In this document: piece by piece, positions 27,035 through 39,558 of the stretch
How positions within the stretch are numbered: the first letter of the stretch is position 1
How the letters are laid out: every line of letters begins with the position of its first letter
Source: Microthyrium microscopicum
Taxonomy: Eukaryota
Length of the DNA: 64,000 bases
Assembly: GCA_010405405.1 (NCBI GenBank)
Contig: MU004230.1
Coordinates: forward strand, 2,142,627 to 2,206,626
Direction of reading: 5' to 3'
Position numbers and translations under genes: made by a program
The notes under the pieces: model-generated
What the model was told of the DNA's origin: nothing
Database searches by the model: none
Seen by the model: the letters and a program-made list of their open reading frames with translations, nothing else

Positions 27035-30000
27035 TCAACGACCTCGACCACGAACACGTTTGGTCGGCCGACCGCGCGTAACCTTGACAGCAACGACAAC
27101 CTCCTCCTCAACCGCCTTTACTGCCTTCTTTCCCACTGCCTTCTTCTCCACCGGCTTCGCCTTCTTCTCAACAACCTTTGGCTCCACCGTCTTCTTTTGC
27201 GGAACCTTCTTCTCCGGCGCCTTCTTTTCCGGCGCCTTCTTCTCGGGTTCTTTCTTCTCCTTCGCACGAGTCTTCTCCGGCACCTTAGCCACCACTTTCG
27301 CAACCGCCGCCGGTTTACGACCCAGCTTCTTCTTCACACCCTCCGAGTGTTTCATGCCCTGCTGCTCGAGAGCCATCGAGTTAGTCCAGCGCATACACTT
27401 CCAACCCGTCGACGTGACATCAGCATAGTTCTTGGTGCGCGTTGACACACGCGTGACCACCTTGACACTCTCGTCCGAGACAGATTCATCATCAGCCAAC
27501 TGTTTCTTGAGCTTATCCATACACTCGACAATCATCTCGCGCCAAGTAGTAAGGTCTTTCTTCAGCATCTTCTCGCGTTTACCGCGCTCGTCGAGCCACG
27601 CAATGAGGCGATCGATTTGCTCAGGTGTGTCGTAGAAGCCCCAATGATCGCCGTCCTTGAGCGGTGTATTGCCTTCTTCCTTCTCACGGCGTTCAGTGAT
27701 GCTCATGCCGTGCGCTGCTTGGTAGGCAATGTCCTGCTCCGGAGTGACTTCGAATATGCCTTGGAGGTCTAGCGAGTATGGACCTTGAACCCAGAGCCGT
27801 GCGTTGGCGTAGCCGTAGTCACCGGTGCTGCTGGAAGGCACACCACCGAATGGCATGCCGTTGCGCTCATACCAGTAGTAGCGGTTACAGAAGCGATCCT
27901 TGCCTAAGCTTATGGTACGCTGACAGTTAGTCTCGCGCATGTCGTTGCTAAGGTCGGCTATCTTGTCTTCTGCGTCCTTGATGCGCTTATTGACAGACTC
28001 AATCTTGCGCTCCACCTGTTCCAGAAGCTTCTCGTTCTTCGTGAGTTTGACTTTAGGTGATTTTGGACGTTTGGCTTTGGGCTCGGAAACGCCATTGACA
28101 TCCAGTTTGCGTTTACGGAGAATTACTCGTGAAACTGGGGCTGGGGCAGATTCCTCATCCTCATCCTCATCCGCATTCGAGCTGTTCTCATTAGCTGAAG
28201 TGGCGTCAACCATTTCAGTATCCTCAGCTTCGGTAGCTGGTCGAGATGCGGCTTCTGCATTGGCGGCTTCTTTTTCTGCGGCCTCCTTTTCTGCAGCCTC
28301 TTTGGCTTTTTGCTCCGGAGTCTTCTCATCTTCGATGGCTGCTAGAATCGTTTTGCGCTCATCGACGAGGCTTGTAAGTGTCTCGATCCTAGCTTTGTTA
28401 GTAGGCGATATGGCAGATGATGTGATCAACTTACTCCTCCTTGCGCTGTTTTTGTTTCTCGGCCTTCTTCTTGCGCAGATCAGTCAGGTCAGCAGCCATA
28501 CGATCAAGATGATCTCTGAATGGTTGGCAACTATAAGTCATGCCAATAAGAATTGTCAAGATCTTGATGCGTAAATTCACATCCAGCAATGCGTACTTCT
28601 CAATGACTGTCTCGTCCGTGGGATCCTCATCCGGAGGTAATAGTTGGCCCAAGATCTCGTCGCAGCGTTCAGCTTGACGACCACCATTCAATGAGATTTG
28701 ATAGAGCAGACCAGCGATGATAGGTTGCCACATGTTGTTACGGAACTCTCGGCTCGCGCATCGTGGCTGCCATGGATTGTCATGCTGAAAGTCCTCGCCG
28801 TGATGAGTCAGAGCGACAGGTGTAGGTTCACGGTTTTTAGCCATCTCAACAGCTTCTGCCTCTTTGAGGCTGCGGCGAGTTGTTCGACGTGGTGGTGATG
28901 GTTCCGGAGTTGCTTCTTCCTCTTCCTCTGATTCTTCTTCTGATTCCTCATCGGATGATTCTTCCTTGAGCGCGGGCAGACGAATCAATAGCTTTCCCTC
29001 ATCGTCGACAAACAACTTGAGAATGGCGCAATGCATTTCGCTTAGTAGCTCGCATTCCATATCTTCCGAAGACCATCGTAATGCTTCGACAAAGTCGTCG
29101 AATGTGAAGGAATCCAGAACGAAGATCTCGTTGTGGACATTGAGAGTGTTCCAAACTTCCAGCAGGGAACCGACAGAGCTTTCCTCAAATTTTCCAGTCA
29201 GACAGTTCTCATCATGCTCAGCAACAGCTATGGATGAGTCCGTAAGAAAGTTAAGATCTGGACGAGAAAAGTCTTGGTTTTTGACTGGCACGTCGAGGTC
29301 TTCGGTGGGATACTTGATAGGTGGTGCTATGGGTGCGCTATCCTTCTTATGAATAGGCATCATGATGGTAGTAGGCATGGCCGGGCCATTGGGAAAGTCT
29401 GGGTGATGACCATTGGTGATCATTACAGGCTGCATTTGACCATTTGCATCTGGTGCATAGTGAGACATTCGAAAATCCATTGGTTGTTGACCCATCTGAA
29501 TGTGGTAGTAGTGTTGTTGGTTCGGATCATTCGCATAATCGAGTGGCCCACTCTGAATGAATCGATTTTTGGGTTTGCGGCCTGGTTTGCTCTGCCATAC
29601 TGGCTGCATCTCACCACCAGCAGGTCCCATGGGAATCAGGGGAACCATGATTCCGTTTTTCTTGCTACCAGGATATTGACGGAATTCGGTGATGACGCCC
29701 ATGGACTGACCCGCTGCTTTTTGTTGATTTGCCATAAGCTTCTTCTGATGAGCTTGAGCTTTGCGCTTGTCGAGCACAGCACTGTGTTGAAGTTCTGCAG
29801 GAATAGTAGTTGGCAGACCAATACTGCTAGCCAGGCTGTCCTTGACACACCATGGAGAGCCATGCCAGGTTTCTTTCGTGAGACTATTCCTTAAGAATTG
29901 TTGAATGAGATTTTTGCTGAAAGTACCTCGAGTACGTTTGATGTTGGAACCATCAACAGATATGTCTTTGGAGCCGTCGACTGGAGTCATAGTGTATTGG

Positions 30001-30834
30001 GGGTTACCATCACCGCGAATGAGCTTTTCACGTATCTTGCCTTCCAATTTCTCGCCATTGTCGAGAATGACATCAACTTGTTCGCCTGGAAAGTAGTCGT
30101 TCTTGAATTTCTGCGATATGTTAAAACTGACAAGCTACATCATCAAGTTTAGTACTAACGTCATGAACAATGGTCACTATAGAAATTAGTAAAAGTAACA
30201 ACAGGCGAGTAGAATATTTCAAGCTTACCTATTTGCATCAGTCGTTGCTCAACTCTATGGTGTACCTCCTTGAGAACAGGCGTATGCAGAGCTTCAGGAA
30301 ATGCTGACTTGAGTTCGCGACTATGATTGACCTGGCATTTATTGGTTAGACGTGACGGACAATGCAGTATTGCTTCATACCTCGGTTTCGAGAGCTTCGA
30401 AATAAGAGAGACCTGTTCGTCCAGTAATCTCATTTGTAAAGTTCTTCTTGTTGGAAGTTAGTATGCTTGGTCGCTCATCAGTAGGGTTTCAAAGCACGCA
30501 CTCGTTTGTAGAAGTCAATTCTAGATTTTGATGTTAGTGTAATGAATCTTGAAGTAGTTCATTATCTTACCGCTTGAGGTAGTCATCGTAATTGGTGAAG
30601 ATCTCACCAGTCTTCTCGATTTCCCAGAGCTATCAATAGTGTAAGCGCATGCCCGATATCAACGTCTTAGAGAATGAAAGCGTACCTCAGAGTTCAAGTC
30701 TAGGCCATCAGGAGCTGGCATGTACTCGATCGCCTTACGTTTGAATGTAACCTGGGACACATGTGTTAGTTCTCTCTTTGAACGTGTTATATATGGCTTG
30801 TCAAGTCTCATTGATCAAGTCTAGGACTTACCAT
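27035..30834 (-). CDS. ITC1: ISW2 chromatin-remodelling complex subunit Itc1 (WAC/Acf1, DDT, WHIM, WSD)
   Basis: Spliced N-terminus M|VTFKRKAIEY...|LWEIEKTGEIFTNYDDYLKR|IDFYKR|KNFTNEITGRTGLSYFEAL (WAC domain). Also LLEVWNTLNV...LDSFTFDDF (DDT), LGKDRFCNRYYWYE and WGFYDTPEQIDRLIAWLDERGKRE. Confidence 0.88.
27118..27262 (-). repeat. Coding degenerate 15-bp repeats (EKKAP/EKKVP) in the Itc1 C-terminal tail
   Basis: EKKEPEKKAPEKKAPEKKVPQKKTVEPKVVEKKAKPVEKKAVGKKAVK. Confidence 0.75.
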
Positions 30835-32821
30835 GGCTTCGAGAGTTGTCCTAAAGACTTTGTGGTTGTTGAAGAATTGTGCGAACTGAAGAGAGGCGTG
30901 GAGAGGATATAGTTTTGCAAAAGGCAGAGGTGGACAGTACGGTGATGCCTTGTAGTTAGCCCACGATCCCGTGGTGGCTTAAAGAGGGGCCTGATGTAGT
31001 ATGGTCTGACAGATTGAGGCAGGAAAGGTCGAAGGTGTAGAAAGGTGGAATCCCAAGGAGTAGCTCAAGGTGTATCCAAGCTCCTTCGTGGCAGATGGAG
31101 ATAATAATTCCAATCCCCAGTCCCTTGAAGTATTCCGACCTCTACGCGTCCTAAACTCGCCCTTCAAGCTTCTTTGAAAGCTCTCAAGCGCTGAAACACG
31201 CGTCCCTGATCTTGTTCACGCGTCCTGTTGATCTTTGTATGGTATGGGTTCAATAGTTGTTGGCGCAAACGGTTCGAGGGTCGGAGAATGGTCGCATGAC
31301 GGATGAGAGGGTGTTGAGAGGATGTGGTAGCTGCTGGTGGTGACGGAAAGTTGATCAGAGAGTGGAGGAGTGGTTACAGATTGTTGGTGGGCAAAAGCAC
31401 TTGGGCAAGACACACAAAGTTCACAGTTCCAGGATGGGACAAGCCCCGATGGGGTAAGGTGCACATTTCACGCATATCGATCCTCGTCGGCTTGTGCTTT
31501 GCATGGCTTTGGTGGTATTTCAGCCTCGTCCGCAGCCTTATAATGGTCCAACATGGTCTATACAACTTTCATTTAAGGCCTCAGTTGATTGTTCTTTCAT
31601 TTGGCTAGCTATTTGGATTTATTTGGCGGACTTTGGACTTTTGTATGTGGTCTTAAATGAGCGCGCGAATGGAATGGTAGCTTGGGGGTGCTTCATCCGC
31701 GAACAGACCGTTTGATTGGTTAGGGTGCCGTGGGTTTTGAGAGTGGAACATTTTGTTGACCTCATGGCCGCCGAGAATCTTCTCATCAGTCGCAATAGAC
31801 CACATCTGGTGTAGAATGGGTTGAAACCGTCCCAGAAAGTCAGTAACACCCAGCAAACTTGTTAAATCTCTTTCGACAGTGATTCAGGGGCTTGGTGGTT
31901 GTTTATACCCCTGAAAGTCACGTATTGCTGCTCTGGAGAGACTCTGCTCTACCAATTTGTCACTGAACATTTTCGCACGCTTCTATGCGCTGTAAATCTG
32001 GCAGTCGATGGTTATATCCAATGTAGAGCAAGAACATGACTATCTGATCATTGCTTAATGGTAAATGTATAGATTGTTTACCTCTCGTGTAGTAAGGGGT
32101 GGATTTTGATACCATACATCACGAATGAGGTGCTCTTATATCCACCTCCAGAGCCTCCGCAAACGTGAAGAATGCGATATGCCCATTACAAATTCCAAAT
32201 TGGATTCGTGCCTGTGAGCATATCATCTTGGAATCTGCCAATGGCCGTTCGTTTTCAGTAATATGCGAATCGTCGTTTGCTTCGCGCTCTACATGGCGTC
32301 ACGACAAAATCATGAAAGCGAAAATGTCACATCTGAAAGCCTCGAAGTAAGGATGACCATCTCCTTTGTTTTCTATGCTAGGTCTCTCTGCTACTAGATA
32401 TCGATACAGATACATACAATCAACAACCGTCAAGAGCTAGCCAGCTCATCAACCCCCATACCAAAATGTTAGTCAATGAGCAATGCTATAATCCGGACCA
32501 GACTTTTGCAAATCAAGAATTCCGTCAAGCGCCGTCCACCTTTCCGAGCCTCGAAAAGACTTTTTGCGATCCGGTTTCCAAGCTCCAAAATCTTGGGGAA
32601 ACAGTTGCCTGATTCCCCCAATCCGAATTGCGCCAATTTTTTCGCAGGTAAGCAAGTAAACACAGTAAGTCCAAGTAGTGTTTACACAGAAAATGACATG
32701 TCCAATGTGAGGTTAGATAAATCTGGAATGAAAGTTGATGTTTGTGTTTTTTGTCGGAACCAAAGCATGTTGTCAGTGAATAGGGGATGCAAGATGGTCA
32801 CAGGAAAGCTTGTCGATAGGC

Positions 32822-33983
32822 CTAGGCTTCAGTCTTCACCTCAGTCTTGACTTCGGTCTTGACGTCGGAGGCGGCCTCGGGAGCAGCGTTCTCACCATCC
32901 TCAGGTGCGTTGATGTCATCGTCTTCCTTTCCAGGTGAGTCGATGGCAACCTTGACGGCAATTTCGCGGCCTTCGATGACTTTGCCGTTCATCTCGGAGC
33001 AGGCCTTCTGTTGGAGTTCCTCGGACGCGAGAGTGACAAAGCCAAATCCACGACCCTTGCGAGCCTCACCACGAGCCTGGAGCTTCTTGACCATAAAGCG
33101 GGGAATTGGGCGGAGAGCAATCTTAGCAGAAGATGGGGAATATTCCTTAAATAATTCCATCAGCTAGAAGAACTGTTAGCACAGAATTGGTAAGTAACGA
33201 CGTGTCACTTTACCTTCTCTTCGCGAAGATCGTATGGCAGATTGGCGACCATGACTTTGGTCTTTGAAGGGATGCCGTCCTCGGGAGGTCCACGCTGCTT
33301 ACGGGGAGCACGTGTCTTGTCCTTGGAGTCTGGAGAAGTAGCATCGCCAGTGGTTGTTCCGGCAGCAACTTCAGCGGCTCCTGATTCCGCAGTGTCTTCG
33401 CCCTTGACTCCGTTCTCACCGTCCTTGGTACCCTGGGAGATGATCAGCACAACGCCACAAACATTTGAGGGGGGTGCCTTACAGTACGACCACCACGGTT
33501 GGCACGTCCTCCACGTCCACCACGACCGCGACCACGACCACGGTTGGATCCACGACGGCGGGTTTCGTTGCCGCTGGCTCCTTCGCCGCCACTGACAGCG
33601 CCTTCGCCCTGTGCCTCTGGCTTGCGGGCAAGCTGGATGGAAACCTTACGGTCCAAAATGGCTTGACCGTTTAGCTCAGCGATGGCACGCTCGGCTTCGG
33701 TAGGGGTGGAGAGATCGACAAAGGCATATCCAACGGGACGGTTGGTACGGGGATTGGTTGGAATTGAGACAGCCTCGCTGGAGTATGTTAGACAAAAAAA
33801 TATCAAACGTCGAGAAAAGACCTACACAAGGAAATCCTTGAAGAAGGTGCGGAGTTCAGCTTCAGAGGTGGAATAGGCAAGGTTCCCGATGTAGAGACGA
33901 CGGGAAAGCTCTGTAGCGCTTGGTTGAGCAGAGGTGCCTTCGGCAGGGACGGCGGCCTGGGTTGGCTCGTTTGTAGCGGACAT
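32822..33983 (-). CDS. Two-RRM, RGG-containing RNA/ssDNA-binding protein (Sbp1/Tcg1-like)
   Basis: RLYIGNLAYS (RNP2), PVGYAFVDL (RNP1), RGRGRGRGGRGG, KVMVANLPYD and GRGFGFVTL; three introns. Confidence 0.88.
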
Positions 33984-35093
33984 TTTGCTTGCTGGAAGTT
34001 TTTTTTTGTTTGTGGGACACGAGTGTGAGATGGAGATTGGAAAGACTTGTGAGAATACAAGTCTTAAGCCGTGTGTGTATTGAGGAAACTTTGTCCTGTA
34101 GAACGGTGTCTGAGGAGGTGTTTGAGTTGGTTTGGCAGACGAGCGCAAAGACCAGAGGATTGGCGGTAAGTTGGCCGAAGGTAGAAGCGGGTGGCTAAGT
34201 GCCCGAGATGCAGAGAGAGAATTTGGTTGTTAAGGGATTTGATCAAGAGTTTGGATGGAGTTGATGTAAAGGATTAGGAGGAGAAGCAGAAGGCGACTTT
34301 TTATGAACCAGACTGGACTTGTCTTCCATTTTCCGCCTGGCAGTCACGATCCGTGCGTGAATCAGCCTGGACTGGGCCTAGCGTTACCGCACTTACCAAT
34401 AAAGTGTCTAGCGCGAGGCAGCAGCATGTCAGGTACGTGCCTGTTATGGCCCAAAGAAGGCAAGCTCAACGCTCGTCGTAGCCTTACTGGGTATTGGGTG
34501 GTGTTTACTGGTATTTATAACATGTTTTATTTACTGGTGGCGGTAACACCAACTGCTTCACTACCTATATAAACTACTTTCTACTCCGCATACATATATT
34601 TTCCCAGCGTGGAGATATCTATTTTGTTCGAGCGCAAGAAGACTTGGAAAGGAGCAGGGCAAACACTCCCTATGTTTTGTACTTGATATTTGCCACATGT
34701 CGTCAAACTCCCAAACTCCTTAAGCAGGTGGCGATCGCTCCCACCAGTCACAACCAATCGAAGCATGCAGTCAAGCAGTCTTGCTAAAATTCTTTTATCG
34801 CTCTTTTCTTCTGGTTATGTCGAGGCGGTAAACACGCCGCATTCTTCTTTCCATCTTCCACTCACCGCCTTCTCTCAACTCTCCAATATCTTGCCCAGCA
34901 ACCAATGTATGCTTGCTGCATTCCCAGCTTGTTAATGACCTCGTGCAACCTCATCCCCGGTGTGCATGACTCTTCGCTGCCAAGAACTGCCCGCGTCAAA
35001 TTATCGTTGTCGGCGGTCGCATTGCGACCATCAAGTTCTCTATCACCACTTGTAGATTAACCAAGGGCGCCCTTTAGGTACTTGGCTCCGGCC

Positions 35094-37330
35094 ATGACGG
35101 CTCAAATAGCTGAGGCCAGAAAAGCTCTGGTTCTCTACGGCTCTGAGACTGGCAACGCACAGGATATTGCAGAAGAGCTAGGGCGGATATGTGAGCGTTT
35201 GCGATTTGCGACATCCGTTTGCGAGCTAGACAGTATCGATATTGTATGTTCCGTGAAATCATGTCTATGCTTGCCGGGTATGAGCCCAGACAACTCTTTG
35301 CGATGAATACACTTGAAAATAACATACTGACCAATAGTAGAGGCACCTGCCACGATATAAAATTGTGCTTTTCGTAGTTTCAACCACTGGTCAAGGTGAG
35401 CTGCCTATAAATTCTCGGAAGTTCTGGAAAGTTATACGCAGCGCCCGACTCCCTCCTGGTTGCTTGAAGACAGTGAGATTCTCTTCCTTTGGACTCGGTG
35501 ACAGTTCCTACCCAAAGTACGCCAAATTGCACGGTATATATGTAATGAGCCGACACTAATTTCAGCGCAAGGTTCAACTGGGCTCATAGGAAACTTTATA
35601 ATCGTCTAGTACAACTGGGTGCTCATGCAATATGTAATCGTGGAGAGTCCGATGAACAATTCCCTGATGGGTAGGTCTTCCTTGCGTACAATGCCGTTGA
35701 AATATGATGTACCAAATTTGTGTAGTACAATGAATCTAATGGTTCTGCTCTAGAATTGATGGTACATTTGTCCCTTGGTCTGTTGAACTACGAAAGCGAC
35801 TGCTCGAAGAATATCCCCTCCCTGATAGCGTGGAACCAATACCCGATTATATTCCAATCGAGCCCAAATGGACGCTTGACTTCGTGGATACAGACGCTGC
35901 TTCTCGTGAAACCAGCGCGTTACTGCCTCGCAATGGCGCCGGGACTGGCATCCAGGATCTTCCAACAACAGACTTGATCACAATACCAAATTCTCTGACT
36001 GCAACTATCGTTGCCAATACTCGGATAACAGCGGCTTCTCACTTTCAAGACACTCGTCATATTATTCTCACGATACCTGGAAAGCATGACTATCCTCCTG
36101 GAGCCACAGCGACCATCTATCCGAAGAACTTTCCTTCTGATGTCTCTGACTTTCTTTCTCTCATGCACTGGAACGATATTGCCGACAACCCCATCCAATT
36201 TGTTGCATCAACACCAGAAGCTGCTAGAGAATCTCGACCACCACTTGCTCCTTCGATTCTCCTTACGCTTCGGTCACTCCTGACCAGCCATCTAGACATC
36301 ATGGCCATTCCCCGTCGCTCCTTCTTCGGCCAACTTCAACAATACACCACCGATGAAATGCACCTAGAGAGACTTCAAGAATTTACCTCTCCAGAACTGA
36401 TAGACGAATTGTATGATTATACCACCCGTCCACGCCGCTCCATCCTTGAAGCAATCTCAGACTTTCCCTCCGTCCGCCTGCCATGGCAGAAAATATGCAG
36501 CGTCATCCCTATGATGCGTGGCAGACAATTCAGCATTGCCAGTGGCGGCCCACTTAAACATCCGTCCAGTCTGCAAACCATGCCAGCATCTCTTCCGATT
36601 CCTTGTGGATCCGCACTGGAGGCCACTGACTCAGAACCGGTCAATACACCTGCAGAGCCGACCGAAACACGCATCGATCTGCTTATAGCCATCGTCCGCT
36701 ACCGAACCATCATCAAGCGTATTCGTAATGGTGTAGCAACACGATATATCGCCACTCTTCAGCCTGGCACACAGATCAGCATCACTTTGCAAGATGGCGG
36801 TCTCGGTATCAAGCGTGATGGAAACCGTCTACCAGTAGTAATGGTCGCACCTGGCACAGGGGTCGCGCCCATGCGGGCACTGGCATGGGAGCGCTATCTA
36901 CATACAAGCAGTGCGATCAATGTGCAGGACTTGTTATTTTTCGGTTGTCGAAATAAGAGTCTGGACGAATACTTTGGCCACGAATGGAGTAATCTAGGCG
37001 TGGAAATGCTAGGGGCATATTCCAGAGACCAGGTAAGTTCGCAGTCACACGCACAGTCATATTATCATTTGCAGCTCATTCACATATTCATAGCGTGAGA
37101 AGGTATATGTGCAAGACATGATCCGTCAGCAGTCAGCGCGAGTATTTTCACTGCTTGCTGAGCGTGGTGGTATCGTGTTTGTGTGTGGTAGCTCTGGGCG
37201 CATGCCGCAGGCTGTCCGACAAGCTTTGACGGATGTGTTTGTGAAAGAGGGAGCGATGGTCATTGAGGATGCGGAGGAGTTTTTGAAGAGGCTGGAGAAG
37301 GAGGGCAGATATCTACAGGAGACGTGGTAA
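35094..37330 (+). CDS. TAH18: NADPH-dependent diflavin oxidoreductase 1 (Tah18/NDOR1)
   Basis: LYGSETGNAQD, STTGQGELP, FGLGDSSYPKFN, RQFSIAS, MVAPGTGVAPMR, FFGCR, VFVCGSSGRMP and C-terminal QETW; about four introns. Confidence 0.92.
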
Positions 37331-37731
37331 ATTCATTGGGAACTGCTTTTGGTAAATCGCAAAGTTTGTTCCTCTGAAGCTTGGTCCGATTCACTGCTGA
37401 CCGTTCAGTTCGTTGTCAGTTAACAATCTACTAGCCAATACATGACCGGATATATCACCTCTCATTGTAACTCTTCCAGTAATCTGATGGCTTATCCTAT
37501 CTCATGGCCAGTAAAATCATCCACTATAACAAACAGGAATCACATCACACATTGTGAAAAAGGTACAAGTCCGATACAATAAAAGGCTGAATATCACAAA
37601 ACTCTGCAAACCTACCGTCCGTCCATATACACCTGGTCGTCAGCTCCAACAGAAGTATTCAATCGAGGCCAACAAATATCACCAACAGTCCTATCCGAGC
37701 ATAGCAATCACTCATAAGTTAAATCCAAGCC

Positions 37732-38720
37732 ATGACAGCCATGGAATACATAAGGAGGCGCAACCCTTTCAGATCAATCACGCCAAACCTACCACAACAC
37801 GAAGACGAGTACAGTCGCCGGCGATCCAACAGCTTAAATCTCAACACTTCCAATAAGGCTGGTCCTTATCATAAGCAACCACATTTCAATCCACAATACA
37901 TCAAAATCGAGATCAACCCAAGACGACGTAAGCAGCAACTGAAAGTGAAAGTCCCAACAACTCATACTGACCATATTCGCCAGACATTCCACCTCCCCGA
38001 CAATCAACAATCATGTGGCTCAAGAGATTTTTTTGTGGTATTCACAAGTATATTCTCAAAGCTATATGGCGCAATCCAGCCCGAGTTTGCACCGTCTTGA
38101 TGATCGCCCTCGCGATCGCCAACCTAGTCATGATATTGGTGAAATATCTCAAGATCACAGGCAATACAGCAAATGAACGGCTTGATGATCCATTCTTCTG
38201 GATTTTCATTGGAACAATAACAGGCTTGCAGTGTCTTGCGGGGTGCATTCTGTCTTTAATGTATAATATCAAGCACAAGAAGGCTAGCAAACCAGCTGGT
38301 GGCAAACGTGATGATGCAGTGGAGGAAGCAAGAGATGACCTCAACGGAGGCGGTATAGGGGGGGTTACGAGGGAAGAACCTAGAGATGTGGTCTATGGAG
38401 GTGGCTCAGCTAGACTCGATGGAGCTAACACGGGTGGAATCGCACCACCTGCATACAATGAAGATGGCAAGGATTCATTCGAGTCGGAGGATCCTAGAGA
38501 TTCCAGAGATTCTAGGCATGGAGACGGCACAGGTGAATTCGAGAGGGAGGAAGCTAAAGAGTCTTTCAATGGAGGTGGCACAGGTGCATTCAATGGAGGT
38601 GGCATGGGTGGATTCCAGGGGGAGGAAGTCAGAAGTAGCATGGGCGGATTCCAGAGGGAGGAAGTCAGAGGTGGCAAGGAGTTCTTTGATGAGACGAGAT
38701 ACAGGTCGGAGCTACCTTGA
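37732..38720 (+). CDS. Tandem family copy A: orphan two-TM protein with Gly/Glu-rich tail (core ORF 38013-38720; possible 75-aa leader from exon 37732-37927)
   Basis: The intron at 37928-37983 (GTAAGC...CTGAC...CAG) joins the leader in frame to ATG 38013. Two hydrophobic helices (VLMIALAIANLVMILV; FFWIFIGTITGLQCLAGCILSLMY). Confidence 0.7.
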
Positions 38721-39558
38721 TTGATTGTGGTAGAAACTCGCGGGATACCAAAGTGCGCTTGTCCAAATTGTATTTCTTGGAATTATTGTAATAAGGCCCT
38801 GTGCATGCGCTTGTTATATGAGCAAATTTTGAAAAACAAGTTGCCCGAACCGTCTCCGGTATAACAGTAAACTGGTTAGTATGTTAATTCAGTGATCACG
38901 ATAGCATGTCCATATGGATGGAATGGTTATAGGGCGATGGCCTTCATCCATACCTGTTTTTGAGACTATCTAGCAAAGATGACACAAGAGATGGTTCTAA
39001 GATACATCATACAAGTCATAAATATGGTATACATTTCAACGTATGGAGGCGCCCCATGGGAAAAGGCTTGATCGAGTGACGAGAGGATTTATCTGCACAA
39101 TCAGAATATTCTATGGCTGTATTAGGTAATGAGATAGTAATGGCCCCGTCATGCAATCGTTTGTTGGCTCAACCAACACCCTGCAATCAAAGCCAACAGC
39201 TATCACTTCTACAACCCGTTGGTTACAAGATTCACCCAGACTATAGACTCAAACCGAAGGCCCAAACGATGTTCGTAGATGACTTTATAAAGACGCGTAT
39301 TCCTTTCAGATGCCACACTCCTACACTCCACAACAAGAAGACGAACTTAGTCGACGAAAAAGCAACAGTATCAATCTCAGCAATCCAAATAAGGCCGGAC
39401 CTTATTACACTCCACCACCAGATTCCAAGTCACAAGACATTAACGTCCACATCAAACCCCAAATACGTAAGTACTACCAGGAGATTAGGTCACGAAGAAG
39501 CGTACTGACTGTACTGGTTGACCGGCTAGGCTTACAACCTCATTAGCGGTCAACAATC

